From Gekko japonicus (taxonomy: Eukaryota): a DNA stretch of 64,000 nt. The stretch lies in assembly GCF_001447785.1 (NCBI RefSeq), contig NW_015171530.1, forward strand, positions 434,001 to 498,000, read 5' to 3'. Positions 22,401 to 34,551 of this stretch are shown here, in pieces (position 1 is the first letter of the stretch; each line of letters opens with the position of its first letter). A model generated the notes under the pieces. It saw only the letters and a list, made by a program, of their open reading frames with translations. It did not search any database and was not told the DNA's origin. A program made the position numbers and the translations under genes.

Positions 22401-25400
22401 CCTGGAGATTTTGCAGGTGTAACCTGGGGAGTGCGGCTTTTGGGGACGGGAGGGACCTTAGCAGTGGGTAATGCCCCCAAAAGTCCACATTCCAAAACTG
22501 CCTTTTTCTCCTGGGGAACTGACCTCTGTTGTCTGGAGACCAGTTGTAACTCCAGGAGATCTCCAACTGCTGCGGGCCCCCCCTGGAAGGATCAGGGCGC
22601 CCAGGCAAGCCAAGGGAGGGGGGGGGCTTGCCCAGGCAAACCAAGGGAAGGCATGGGGGTGTGGCCTAATAGGCGAATGAGCTGTGCTGTTGGGGTGTGG
22701 CCTAATATGCTAATGAGTTTCTGCTGTTGGGTGTGGCCTATTATACTAATGAGTTCCTGCTGGGCTTTTTCTACAAAAAAAGCCCTGGGTATCCAATACC
22801 TGGAAAGCCTCTGCTATGCAGGTAGTGTGGGATGTGATTGTATTTGGTTGAGAAAGTCTATTCCTCGGAGATAACAGCACTTGAAAAAGAATTATATGGT
22901 GGCGGGAATGGCTTAATAGCTTATCGGACTTGGGAGGAGAGTGATGGGCTATATGGAGGTGACAGGTAAGACCACCCAGTGAAAGGGACAGAGAGGGTGC
23001 CTGGTGGGAGATGAAAGCCTGTATTGAGAAAGAGTGGGATACTTACAGCAATGAGCAACTATCTAGAATTGAGGTTGGTAAGCTGAGGGAGTCGTGTTGA
23101 GTTGAGCATCTTCTTTATGGTGATTCAAAGGTTAGGGATAGGAGGGTAAGTGGCAGAATAAGGGGTATGTTTCTCTTACCGCTTTCTCCCACATTGGTCT
23201 CACATTCATTTGCCTTCATCTTCCTCTTGATTCTGGCCTCACGCTCCCTATATTTCGGAAAGAAGGAAGCACAGTAAGGCATGGGAAAGAACCATTAAGG
23301 GGCTTGGACAACGTTCAAGCTTCAGGTGGTTCTTGAGGCCAAGTGAGCAATTGGACTGATGAAGAAAGCCCCTGCCATCTCTCTCGTGGTGGTTATTCTG
23401 ACTAGTCAACTTGCTGGTAGGTGTAAATTAGGGTTTAAAGACCTTAATCCAGGCCAACCTGAGTGTTTTCAGGGCCAGATTAGCAGCAGGGAGTCCTCGA
23501 TGCTAGCAAGTGTGGACACTAGAATGGTCCCGTCCTCATATCAACATCTGCCTCCCTTTCCCCTGCTCACCTTTTGCTGTTCATCCCATTCTCCCGGAAG
23601 CCTTTCGCAAAAGGGTTGCTCTCAATCTTCATTTGAGTAATCTGAGGAAGGAAGCCAGCAAGTACTGGTGATGAAAGGGGTCTACATGTATAGATGAAGC
23701 ACATCTATATAGGGCATTTTATTTATTTTTGCATATAAAATGTGCATGTGCAGACACTTGTTCAATGCCCTGTGAATCTTAGCTTTTCACTTTTCCAAAG
23801 TGAAACATTTCTAGTCCTCACTGCTGCGAGAATAGGCTTGAAAAGTCCATATTGCCAGATGAAATTTTAGGAAGTTGGAAGAAGCATGATTCTGGCTGCG
23901 GTCACACGGAGCATTAGGCACGCTAGAGAGACGGAAGATAGGTGGATTTTCCGGGCGCGATCTCACCGCCACATCTGGGAAGCGTAGAGCTCCCGTGGCT
24001 TCACTCCGAAGATGTGCTGTAAAAAACTAGTACCTCCAAGGTACTAGTTTCCAGAACCGCGGGGCATGGGCGGGCGTCTGATCGCGTTTCCGGTGGTAGT
24101 TCCGGCGCCCGCCCATGTCCCCTCGCAAAAAGGTTTTTTCCCCCCCAAGTCTCCACAGATGCGCACAAGCACCCAACGGAGCATGCGCACACTTTAGTTT
24201 TAAAAAAACCCACAACCTCGTTTGCCCCGTGGCCCCGCTTCTTTGCAGTGCCACAGGTTTGTCCTGTGATCGGCACCTTCCCCCTACCCATGGGACCTCC
24301 ATGGGACGTCTGCTCGTGCAACCGCGCATTATTTTGCCCCGGGGCAAACAGCCCCGCTCCCCCCCGCGTTTTCCGGCCCGTGTGACCGGAGCCTCTGATG
24401 CACAAAAGTGTTGTGTGTAGTTCTCCATATGACTAAAAGAATAGATTGCAGAAAGAAAATATATTTGAACATGTTCAGTGTACCTAATTTAATTTATTTA
24501 GGTTACATAATTTAATTTACCTTCAAGCAACATTTTGGTTTTTATTTTTAAGGGCAGCATAAATAATGTCTTGTCTACATAGATAAGGGCAATGAAGAAT
24601 TGATTTGGAAGCGTGACAACAGCTGAAAGATGGCTGAAATGAGGAAGTGCTCTGCTTGCTCTGACAAACAGGTGCAGTGGCAAAGTTGGCACTGCCTTGC
24701 ATAGCACCTACCACAGTCACAAGATTCCAGTCTTAAATTTTAGGCACTTCCTGTGTGGGTGTAACATCTTTCTCAGTTCCTCCTGGCAGAACCTTTAGGG
24801 TTGCCAATTCTGGATTGAGGATTTCCTGGAGATTCGTGGGAATTATCAGGGGAGGGACTTCCCTTTCTCCTGTTCTCTATGGTATACTAGGGTTGCCAGG
24901 TCTAGGTTGGAAAATACCTGGAGACTTTGGGAGTGGATCCAGGAGAGGGCAGGGGTTGGGGAGGGGCCTCAGCAGGGTACAGTGCCATAGAGTCCACCCT
25001 TCGAAGCAGCCATTTTCTCCAGAGGAGCTGGTCTCTGTCAGCTGGAGATCAGTTGTAAAAGCGGGAGATCTCCATGCCCCACCTGGAGCCTGGCAACCTT
25101 ATGGTATACCATAGAGTCTGCCCTCTGAAGTTACCATTTTCTCAAGGGGTACTGACCTCTATAGCCTGGAGAGGAGAACTGGAAACGTTAGTGGTCTGCC
25201 TTGCTCATCATAACCTTTTTACAACTTGACGTGACAATCAACTTGGTTACCATTGTCTTGTACTGAGTAGGCAAAGCTGTGGTGAGTGGCTGGAAATAAT
25301 CTACATGTCCCTGCCAGGCAGACAATGTTCTCCGACTGAACTTGCTCTCCTCTTACCCTAGCAATGACAAAATTCAGCTACAAAGGCCTGGAATTGTGTT

Positions 25401-28400
25401 GGTCGGAATAAATTTTCCTTCTTTCTGGAGGAAAGGGATAATTCTGGGACATGGGATCCTTAAGTTCTCAGCCCATGGCTCCTCACTCTCTTCGTTCTTA
25501 CTTTTTTAGGGATACCAGCCTCCAGGTGGGACCTGGGGATCCCCCGGAATTACAGGTTATCTCCAGACTACAGAAATCAGTTTCCCTGGAGAAAATGGAT
25601 GCTTTGGAGGGTGGACTCCGTGGCACTGTGAGGTCCCTGTCCTCCCCAGGCTCCACCTTCAAATATCCTGGAGCTGTCAACCCTACCCACCCCCACTGGT
25701 GGCCAGGGGGGATTTGGAAACCCTAACTGGTATCTGTTTTTTTAATATAAAAATCACACCACAAATAACAGCATCTACATCTTTGGGCGGGTGGGAGTGG
25801 GGATTGCCCCTGATTTTGTCATAAAAATAGCTGCTGTAATCTTCCATGTGTTCCCACTTCAACTATTACACCACCATGCAAGCAGAACCCAGTCTGTTAT
25901 CTAACGCTTGATTCATACATACTTCTGATTCAGGAGCGTGAAATGGTAGAATAGAATAGTGCAACACTTCAGACAGCAGGTGGTGTATTCTAGCTTTAAA
26001 GTGCATATATATCGTTGCAAATAGAAAACTAGGCACACTAGGGGGAAAGGTTCTACACCCTCTCTTTTCATGCTGGGCTGTTTTTCTATTTGCAACCTGT
26101 TCTTTTGGGGTTTTTTAAAATACAAAGGAATATTTTAAAGCTGGAATTAAGAGTTGCCAGCTCCAGGTTGGAAAATACCTGGATATATTGGGGTTGGAGC
26201 CCGGAGAGGGCAGGGACCTCAGCAGGGTATAATACCATGGTCCACCTTTCCAAAGTAGCCATTTTCTCCAGGTGATCTCGGTTGACTGGAGATCTCCAGC
26301 CACCACCTGGAGGTTGGCAACCCTCGGTGGAATTCTCAGCCTACCTTCTGAAGCAGAGCCTATTCTACTCTACTGCCTCATTCTACTGCAGGTGTGTGTG
26401 GCCACCTTCCAATAAACTTTAGTACCACTTATCATAAGTTGTTTTTCAGATCACGACTCAAGGGAAGTGCACTAGTGGAGAACAAAACAGTTCTTTATTG
26501 TAACTCATAGTTGTCTGAAAGACACTTTATCTCGGGACTGGCTTGAAATGACAGAGCAGGAAGTGAAGAGACACTGAAGGACTATATAAGAGGCGGAGGG
26601 ATATGAGGGACTATTTAAGGGTAGAGAGAGAGAAGTCACCTAATGGAGGCTGCAGACTGTTAGAATAAAATATAAGTTCAAAATAAAGAAAGTAAGAATC
26701 CAAGTGGTCAGTAGATGGTTGAGCTGAAGGCACAGGGATATAATAAAGATGGAAAGAGCTTCCGTTACAATTCAACAGGTGAAGGGTCACGGGTGTAAGT
26801 ACATTTTTTGATGAGAGTGGCAACAAAAAAGTGAGGTAAAACGCACAGAGGACTGAGCTTTGTGATAGTCCAAGGATATTGGGGGCAAGAGAAGATAGGG
26901 TAATAGATGAAGATAAATAGAAAGGAAATGTACATAAAAAGAGGTTTCAGGGTTACAAAACCGGTATGGTGGTGGAAGGATATCGTTTAACGTGAAGAAG
27001 CCTCTGATGAAGGGACATTCCCAGGGGAGCTGGGGTAATTTGGAGGCAGAAGAATAGTGAGGGGAAGCTCCCTGCTTTTCTGTGTTTAGATAAGTCCATG
27101 TGGCATATTGTATGGAGTTGTATAGAGGGCAGGAGAGGCGTGGCTGTATATGAGATCGGGTTGCCAGGTCTGGCCTGGAGACTTTGGGGCGTGGATCCGG
27201 GAGAGGGCGGGGTTTAGGGAGGGGGGGGCGTCAGCAGGGTCCAATGCCATGGAGTCCCCCCTTCAAAGCAGCCATTTTCTCCAGGGGAGCTGATCTCTGT
27301 CAGCTGGAGATCAGTTGTGAAAGCGGGAGATCCCCAGGCCCCACCTGGAGGCTGGCAACCCTAAAATTATGAGAGGATATGTGGACCTGATAGCCATAGA
27401 AAGTTTTTTGGAAGGGGTCAAGTAGGAGATGGGATGCTTGTTTGCCTGTGAGCAATCTTAGTCCCCCTCACAGAGATAAAATGATTTGATGCTTGCGTGG
27501 TTTGATAGGAGTAGAGCAAAAGGAGGCTGGGTGAGGGGAGAGAGATCTTTGTGCAGAACTTCCTTAATATGGCATGTGCTGGAACCAGGGCCTATTTTTC
27601 GTTTCTCCCCCACCCACCCCACCCTTTGGAGGATTGCTAGTTCTTTGCCTTGGGATGTTCTGATGGGTTTTTTTTTAGTTTGTTGTGGTTTTATCTTTGC
27701 ATTGTAAACTGTTATAAAGTGCAGTAATGAAGGTTGCTTGGAAGGCCCTTGTCCCGAACCTGGGGTAGTCAGCCCCCAGGTGGGGTTTAGAGATCTCCTG
27801 GAATTAAAACTGATCTCCAGATGACAGAGCCCAGTTCCCTTGGAGACGATAGCTTCTTTGGAGGGTGGATTCCATGAAATTATAACTAACTGAGGTCCCT
27901 CCCTTCCCCAAGCCTTACCCTTACCAAACTCCACCCCCAAATCTCCAGGAGTTTCCCAACCTGTAGCTGGCATCCTAAAACAAAGGGCAGTGTTTTAAAA
28001 GGTGGTGATGGGAAGCTATCCATATTGTACAACTGAGCCCTGGTATATCCCAGCTTCAAGGCTAAGCTTTGGAGGAAACTTTGCTCAAACCGAGCCCCCT
28101 TGGTTGGGCCCATCTTACTTGCTGCTCTTTTGATCTCTAAAATCAAAATAGCGGTTTACGCTAGAATGTACTGAGGATTGGATGCTTGTGCCAGTTCCAG
28201 AGTGTCTAGTAAAGAGGGAGGTGAGGAGTTCTAAGGAGAGATTTAACTTTATTTTCATTTATTTATTTAAAACATTTATTAGCCTCCTTTCTTAAGGAGC
28301 TCAAGGCATCCTAAATTATAGAGATGGCTTTGGTCTCACCTGTGGATTCTGGTAGGCTGTGACAGTCAGAAACTGGGTCTCCGGAAAGGTGAAGGAAGCG

Positions 28401-31400
28401 CAGCCGCCTCCTGCCCCACGGCGCCCTCCGGCTCCAACCACGTGTATCCGTGGCTGGTAACGATGCATGGAGTGGACAATCAGCTGAGGAACACAAGAGC
28501 CAGAGGTGAGTCGTCATAAACATATAGCTGCCCATAACATTCTGGCTGGCCTAGCTCCCGTTTACCCACCTCCCCAACTAACACTTTAGTTCTCAGATAG
28601 GGCGAGTGTGTTCTTGTGACTGTGCTCAAGGATAGATTCAGGATTCATCATCCTGAGAAAACTGGGTTTCCATTTTTTTAAAAAAAAGAGAATGTGTGAA
28701 AGCACAAGTTTCTAGTCCTTCATGGCTATGTAAAACAGGGATGAATGCCTTGTGGAATCTCAGGACCTGATGAGGACTTGTGGGCTTCCATGACCTGCAA
28801 AGTGTCTTGTCCATTTTCATGAATGGGTGAAAAATGCATTTAAAAATGTAAATGCGCTCGGTTTGCATAATTATAGAATGCATCTTTTTTTGATGCCAAT
28901 GTTACAGCATCTTGGAGGAGGAGTTTAAAGATTTTATTTATTTTAAGTACTGATAAAATGTGGTATAGTGGTTGCAGTGCCAAACTAGGATCTGGGAGAC
29001 CCAGGTTTGAAACCCCACTCTGCCACAGAAACTTGCTGAGTGACCTTGGGCCAGTCACACACACACTCAGCCTAACCTACCTCACAGGGCTGTAGTGAGG
29101 TTAAAATGGAGAAGAGAAAATGATGTAAGCTGCTTTGTGCCCCATTGGGGAAAAAAGGCATGGTATAAATGAAGTAAATAAACTAAAAAATAAACTCACA
29201 GCCCTGGCTAAGGTTCATCTTTGTATAACTGTAATCCATTTTGCTTCCGTTCCCATGATCCCTGAGTTTTCAGCCTAAACAATCCCCCCATGTATTTTTC
29301 GGTTCCCTCATATGAAATTCTGCAATAGAGCTTGTTGGGGCCTTTCTTGTATGCATCTTCTTTCCCATGACTCCTAGCTGCCATTCCCAAACAACCCTTC
29401 TTTCCCTCTTTCCATACGTGTCCATGGGGGTCCAATGTATTGTTGGTGAGCTTGAGCCGGTGGAAGGATACAGGTTGGCGCATCCAGTGTGCCCCTGATG
29501 CGGGTGAGTCAGGGTGGATGTAGACCCGGTCTGGTGGTGGCAGTTCAGCCTTGCCGCTGGCTTCCCACCGCTTGCCTTGCCACTTGTATCGGGAGCCGCC
29601 TACTGGGACTACATCCACCAGCATCAAATACTTGGCCTCAGGATCCAGTCCGGTTACTGAAACTTTAAGCTGTGGAAACATCCGCCTGGGAAGTTAATTA
29701 AAAACAGGGTCAGGAAATTCTGATTAGGGAGAGGTTGAGGTAGAATGTAGGGGAAGAGCAAAACGGACACCTTCTGTTCCTCTCCCCTGTAGAAAGTATT
29801 TTTCACAGTTGAGGCTAACAGTTGCAGGTTAATGAAAGCATAAGATGGGCAAGCTGTGCCCACCAAGTACACTGTGTGACATCCATCTTGTTTAAGGGGA
29901 AAAGATACTCTTGATGCAGTTCATATCTTTGGCCCTCAGACCTCTTGAAGGCACTGGAAGAAAATTATCCCATGCTGCATGTATGGATGAACTTCTGTGC
30001 AGGAAAATGGAAACCTGCAAGATGCCCACACTTGGCTGGTTGGAACACAGGAGGCACCCCTTCCTTAATTTCTCTGTGCTTTAATTTCTTAGGGGTAAGG
30101 CCCCGTTATTCATTCACATTTTCTGCTAAGGAGTTTTCCATCTAGTCCGTGCTCCATGACAGCAAACCGGCTGCTCACTCCTTGAGCATCCCACACAGTC
30201 CCACCCCTCTCTTCCCCTATTTCAAAACATTACAGGTACTATTATATTAAATAATTTGGGAGCAGGAGAGACAGACACCCACCCACACCCAGATGCACAA
30301 ATCTATAGCTGTCCATGTGTATGGGGTCCAGGGCTAAACATGAAAGATCTCTTTATAAGATCTCTAGGTAATCTTACTGAGTTTTGTTAAAAGTTTCTGG
30401 GTAATGCTTTAATTTTTAAAAAGGGGGGGGGAGATATGGCAGTTACTGGATGTGATTACTTAGTGGTGAACGTAATGCATGGCCAGGGAAATGCTGATCG
30501 CCACTTTGGGGTCAGGAAGCAATTGTTCTCCAGGCCAGTTTGGCCAGGGATCCTGGAGGTCCCCCCCCTTCTGGGCATAGAGCAGGGGTCACTGGGGGTG
30601 GAGGGGGGAGGTATCTGTGAGTTTCCTGGATTGTGCAGGGTGTTGGACTAGATGGCCTTGGAGGTCCCTTGGGGTTATGTGGGGAGAGGTATTTGCGAAT
30701 TTCCTGCATTGTGCAGGGGATTGGACTAGATGACCCTGGAGCTCTTCCAACTCTGATTCTATTATTCAACCTGAATAAATCCAGAACCACTCTCTACATA
30801 TATCATGGCTGATGCCTGGCAGAGGGGGAAGAGGGTTCCATGGCAGAGCCCTGGCTCAAGATAAATTATCTCCTTCCTTTCTGCATTATATCTCACCTGC
30901 CTGCCTTGGTGATGATCATCTCTGTGCCAATGCCACTGNNNNNNNNNNNNNNNNNNNNNNNNTGAACCGCTTCCAAAGCTCACCATTCTCCAGGCTCATT
31001 CGTACTCCAGAGGGGATGCGTGTGCTGGGTGGGGGACCTGGTGGCAGAGCCTGACTAGGCCCATAGGAGAGGCCGGGAGCTGGGGGCAGGAGGCGCCCTG
31101 AAGGTTCCAGGCTGGGGAAGAAGCTTTCCAGTTTGGGGGCAGCATCGAGGTCTAGAGGAAGAGAAAGATAGAACAAGGCGAGGAAGAAGGTTAATATGAT
31201 AGAGGGGCATTTCTTGAGGTGAGTGTGTATGTGGGGGGGCTACAGTCAGGGCTGAGAAGCATCCCACAGGAATTTGTCACCCTTCTGCTGGTTTCCGCTC
31301 AGTCTCACCCCCCCCCAACCTCTTCTCCTGACCAGTTGGTCTCTGTCAGGCGCTAAAAGTCCAGCTGACTGGGGACTGGGGGGGTGAGAAGAGAAAGCCA

Positions 31401-32219
31401 CTGAATTTCTGTGAATTTGGCAGCCTTGTTATCCCAGTCCTGGCCTCCCACTGATCTGTCCAAAACCAACAGCTGTTTCCCCCTCTTAGGAGTACCACCG
31501 TGGTCCATCCTTTTGGTTTGTCCCAGCCTCTGCCTCGCTGTCAACCATCATCTTACTTGTTCAAATTAAATTCCATTCTTTCTCCCAAGCACAAAGCAGT
31601 CCTGGTTTACGGGCCTTGCTGCCCTCTCCAGCCTTTCCTGTCATTCCAGGAGTTCTGCTTCCCTGGTGTCATTTTGCTCAAATCTACTCCCCTCTTGGTA
31701 AACCCGGCAGTCCCAGCTGCAACCCTCCTCCTCTGATCCTACCAGCCATCACTGTGCTCTCAAAGAAATCGAAAGTCTTGACTTGTAGCTCCTTCCTTCT
31801 CCATGCTCAGACCCTTTGAACCATTCCCATCCTAGGAAACCTTAAGAGGATTGTGTCATCCTGTCATGCCTTCTGTATAGAAATATTACTATATTCCTGT
31901 CTCATTTGAAACATTTGTGGGCTCTTTTCTCCATTAAAAATGCATTCCCCAGGCTCTTGCTCCCACGTACTTGATCCCATTTATCTAAAAGAGTGCCCAG
32001 CAAGTCTAGTTCCCAGTCATTCCTCTGCATACATCTCTCTTCAGCCCCCCCCCGCCCCCAATCTCCCACTCCTCCACCACATCCCAGTTTCTCACCTGGA
32101 TATCTGAAGGCTTCGTACTGTGGTCCCTGACTCTGGGGATACCCAGTTCCTGGAGGTGGGGGAGGTCGCAGAGGATAGGAGCCCCCATACTGTGAAAACA
32201 TCTCTGAAGGGTGATACAT
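19414..32219 (-). CDS. TBX6: T-box transcription factor TBX6 (about 451 aa)
   Basis: complement join(32096-32219,30897-31151[N gap],29418-29685,28340-28483,23571-23641,23180-23247,21694-21895,19414-19663). MYHP start, T-box ([15 protein letters not shown]...HSMHRYQPR...[28 protein letters not shown]), TBX6-type motifs GPCDSTL and AEAY..HPAAFHG. Lies between PPP4C and YPEL3. Confidence 0.96.
20152..20540. mobile_element. hAT MITE (CAGGGCT family)
   Basis: Perfect TSD ggagacac at 20144-20151 and 20541-20548. Confidence 0.92.
20907..21245 (+). mobile_element. Sauria SINE
   Basis: GGTGGCTCAGAGGTTAAG tRNA-like head, GCAGTTCGAAAGCA core, CTTTACCTTT tail. Confidence 0.85.
22088..22280 (+). mobile_element. 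5S rRNA-derived SINE (further copies at about 51330-51530 and 54538-54712, - strand)
   Basis: TGGTTAGCACTTGGATGGGAGACCACC resembles the 5S internal control region, followed by the non-5S tail GGCAATGGCAAACC...GTGACTTGACGGCA. Confidence 0.75.
22340..22787. mobile_element. hAT MITE (CAGGGCT family) with a nested TAGGGTTGCC-type fragment
   Basis: TIRs CAGGGCTATTTT / AAAAAGCCCTG; TSD ggtatcgt/ggtatcca. Confidence 0.8.
23894..24393. mobile_element. PIF/Harbinger-like MITE (about 500 bp)
   Basis: 16-bp TIR GGCTGCGGTCACACGG / CCGTGTGACCGGAGCC with a 3-bp TSD (tct). A truncated inverted copy lies at about 56276-56775. Confidence 0.85.
24797..27977. mobile_element. Cluster of TAGGGTTGCC-TIR hAT-type MITEs in TBX6 intron 4
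   Basis: Copies at about 24797-25180, 24888-25101 (nested, perfect TSD tggtatac), 25507-25725, 26150-26325, 27157-27363 and 27762-27977. Confidence 0.8.
28960..29185 (+). mobile_element. Older MIR-like tRNA-derived SINE (similar copies at about 14265-14450, 37800-37960, 42345-42530, 46635-46985, 55020-55205)
   Basis: Core GTGACCTTGGGCCAGTCAC...CTCAGCCTAACCTACCTCACAGGG..GTGAGG.TAAAATGGAG. Confidence 0.7.
30470..30765 (+). mobile_element. CR1-type 3' UTR fragment
   Basis: Ends with GGACTAGATGACCCTGGAG..CTTCCAACTCTGATTCTA. An inverted homolog lies at 59543-59842. Confidence 0.75.
30939..30962. other. Assembly gap (24 N) inside TBX6 coding exon 2
   Basis: Run of 24 n characters. Confidence 0.99.
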
Positions 32220-32541
32220 GGGTTGCTAAAGGAAGCCTGGGAACCAGGACTCTTGGGTTTTTGGGAAGGGAGGAGAACAGATGAGGTTGGGAGCCAGGGC
32301 TCCTTCCTTTGGTGAATAAGCAGTGAGTTCTAGGGGCCTGATGAGAGTGGTAGGGCGTCTGGAGGGGAGTGGGGTGGCAGAAGCCAGGAGGGAGGGGAGG
32401 GGGGAGGGGGGGCTGTTGGGGATAGAGCTGGTTTGAGGAGCTGAGAAGGCAGGTCTCCTGGGTTCTGTCTCCTGCAGCAAGACTGGGATGCTTCCACCTC
32501 CAGATCTTTCTCTCTCCCTGAGGAGCCCCTGGCTGAGGTTG

Positions 32542-32599
32542 TATTTATGATTCCGCCAAGACTCTTTGAAGTGAGACCCCAAATGGCACATTCACACCT
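32542..32599 (-). promoter_or_regulatory. TBX6: Candidate TBX6 core promoter: TATA-like box, TCF/LEF site, T-box half-site
   Basis: Minus-strand CATAAATA at 32542-32549, CTTTGAAG at 32564-32571 and TTCACACCT at 32591-32599, about 320-380 bp upstream of the ATG. Confidence 0.65.
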
Positions 32600-33458
32600 C
32601 CAGGAGGGGAGGGGTTTGGGGCTGAAAGCAGGGGAACCGGAGCACAGAAGTAGCAGGGACATGTATTCTCAGTCCCAGGATGTCCTCTCCTTACACACCC
32701 TCTAGCTATTTCTATCAGGGTCCTTCTATTTTATCCCTCTTCCACCTTCCCTGGCTTTTCAGCCTTTGCCTGCCTTTCCGTCATACAAAAAAGTTGCCTT
32801 CATCCTTGGTTCTCCAAAGATCCCTGTGTAACACCCCCCCCCCAATTCTGATGCCCAAGCCCCCTCCTGTGGTCCGCCCAGTCAGCTCTCCCACTCCATC
32901 TCAGACTTCATTAAGAGTCTTGGCCCAGTCCCTTTCTGTGCCCACCACTCAAATCCTCCTAATTGCCTAATTAACACTCTGACTCCAAAGTTTCCTGATT
33001 GATCCTGACCTATGGGGTTCTTGGTTTACAAGTGGGTGAGGGGGGAGGTGCCATGGTCATTTGTCATCCAGATGTTTTTGCAGCTGGGCTGGACAGCTGC
33101 AGGATCCTGAGAGTGAAGGGGTCCAGTGAATTATTCTGGTACCCCAGTTGTGGTTAATGCCTGGGTTCTCTGTAGCCTCATAATACAACTGATTTTTATA
33201 TATTATATACATTTTTTCACAGTAGTTCTAACTGGTAATGCTAACCACTTTTAAGGGGTGTATATGATCAAACGCTATGACAAGAAGAGTAGTTCTTGAT
33301 ACTGGTGTGTGAGTGTGTAGTGCCATTTACGCCAAGGCCATATACTTGCCTAAACAGAATGCACATTATGCCACTTGAAGTGTTAACACTTGTAGGGGAG
33401 TGCCCTTAGCCAGCAGGACTGTGTTTATTCTGCACTTTAAAAAAAATGTTCTGTAACT

Positions 33459-33761
33459 TCGGATTATGTTCTGTGATGAGTTGACCCGAATTTTGCAGCC
33501 TGAATAAGGTATACATATTTCCCTGTACTTTGCATAATGCATCCTGCTTCTTCCAGTTGGGACTGAGAGTCGAAGGGCACCCCCACCCTCTCACTACGGG
33601 AAATCCTTCATCGGATTATGTTCTGTGATGAGTTGACCCAAATTTTGCAGCCTGAATAAGGTATACACATTTCCCTGTACTTTGCATAATGCATCCCACT
33701 TCTTCTAGTTGCGACTGAGAGTCGAAGGGCAGCCCCACCCTCTCACTACGGGAAATCCTTC
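33459..33761. repeat. Tandem duplication, period 152 bp, about 95% identity
   Basis: tcggattatgttctgtgatgag...gggaaatccttc starts at 33459 and again at 33611, with about 7 substitutions. Confidence 0.92.
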
Positions 33762-34493
33762 TGTCTTTGGAGAGACTGTCTGTGCTCTCAAGTCTTTCTG
33801 CAACTTTAAGAGCTACAAAAAAAATGACAAAACTTTGATTCTAAGGATGCTAAATCCTGCACTCTTATCACTTGCTCCACTTGCTCAGCCGTGCCACACA
33901 ACATGCAGCTTGGACAACCAGTGTTGTCACAAAGAGTACACCAACAAGAGTACTTCTGCTTTGGTATGTCAGGCGGGTTTGTAGGTCCTCTCCACTTGTG
34001 TATCCATAAGGAAAAAATACTGCCACTGTTTTTCCTTCTCCATAAGTGGTGTTAGAACAAATTTAGAGTTCAGTGGCACCATTAAGACCAACAAAGGTGT
34101 ATTCAAAGTATGAGCTTTCATGTGCAAGGTACACTTTTTCAAATACTTTTTCAAATAAGTTGTGTTCGATCATGTATGCGGAGATCAGGCACTTTCTTCT
34201 TTGGCCATTTTCTTTGTGCACTCTAGTGACTGGCTGCATTTGACTGGCTAGCTTATCTCCAGTTAATTCCTTTTACCTGCAACTTCTGATTTAGGACTGG
34301 ATGCAGACGTTGCTTCCAAGGGGTGGCCCCGAAGTATGCTGAATGCTGGCAGGCAGGCAGAACGATGCTGGTTGGAGGTGATATGAGAAAGAGGGGAGAA
34401 TTTTAGGGCTTTGGAGAGCTGCACTCCCCTCCCCTCAATGCTTTGGAATCCAGAACTCTTAGAAAGTGTATTCTTCAGATGGTTGCTAGAATG

Positions 34494-34499
<6 letters not shown>

Positions 34500-34550
<51 letters not shown>
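34500..34550. repeat. Compound (TC)n(AC)n microsatellite
   Basis: Direct reading. Confidence 0.95.

Positions 34551-34551
<1 letters not shown>

Noticed and set aside
30897-31151. TBX6 as a frameshifted pseudogene
   Set aside because: The apparent frameshift comes only from the N run. All other exons, splice sites and phases are intact.
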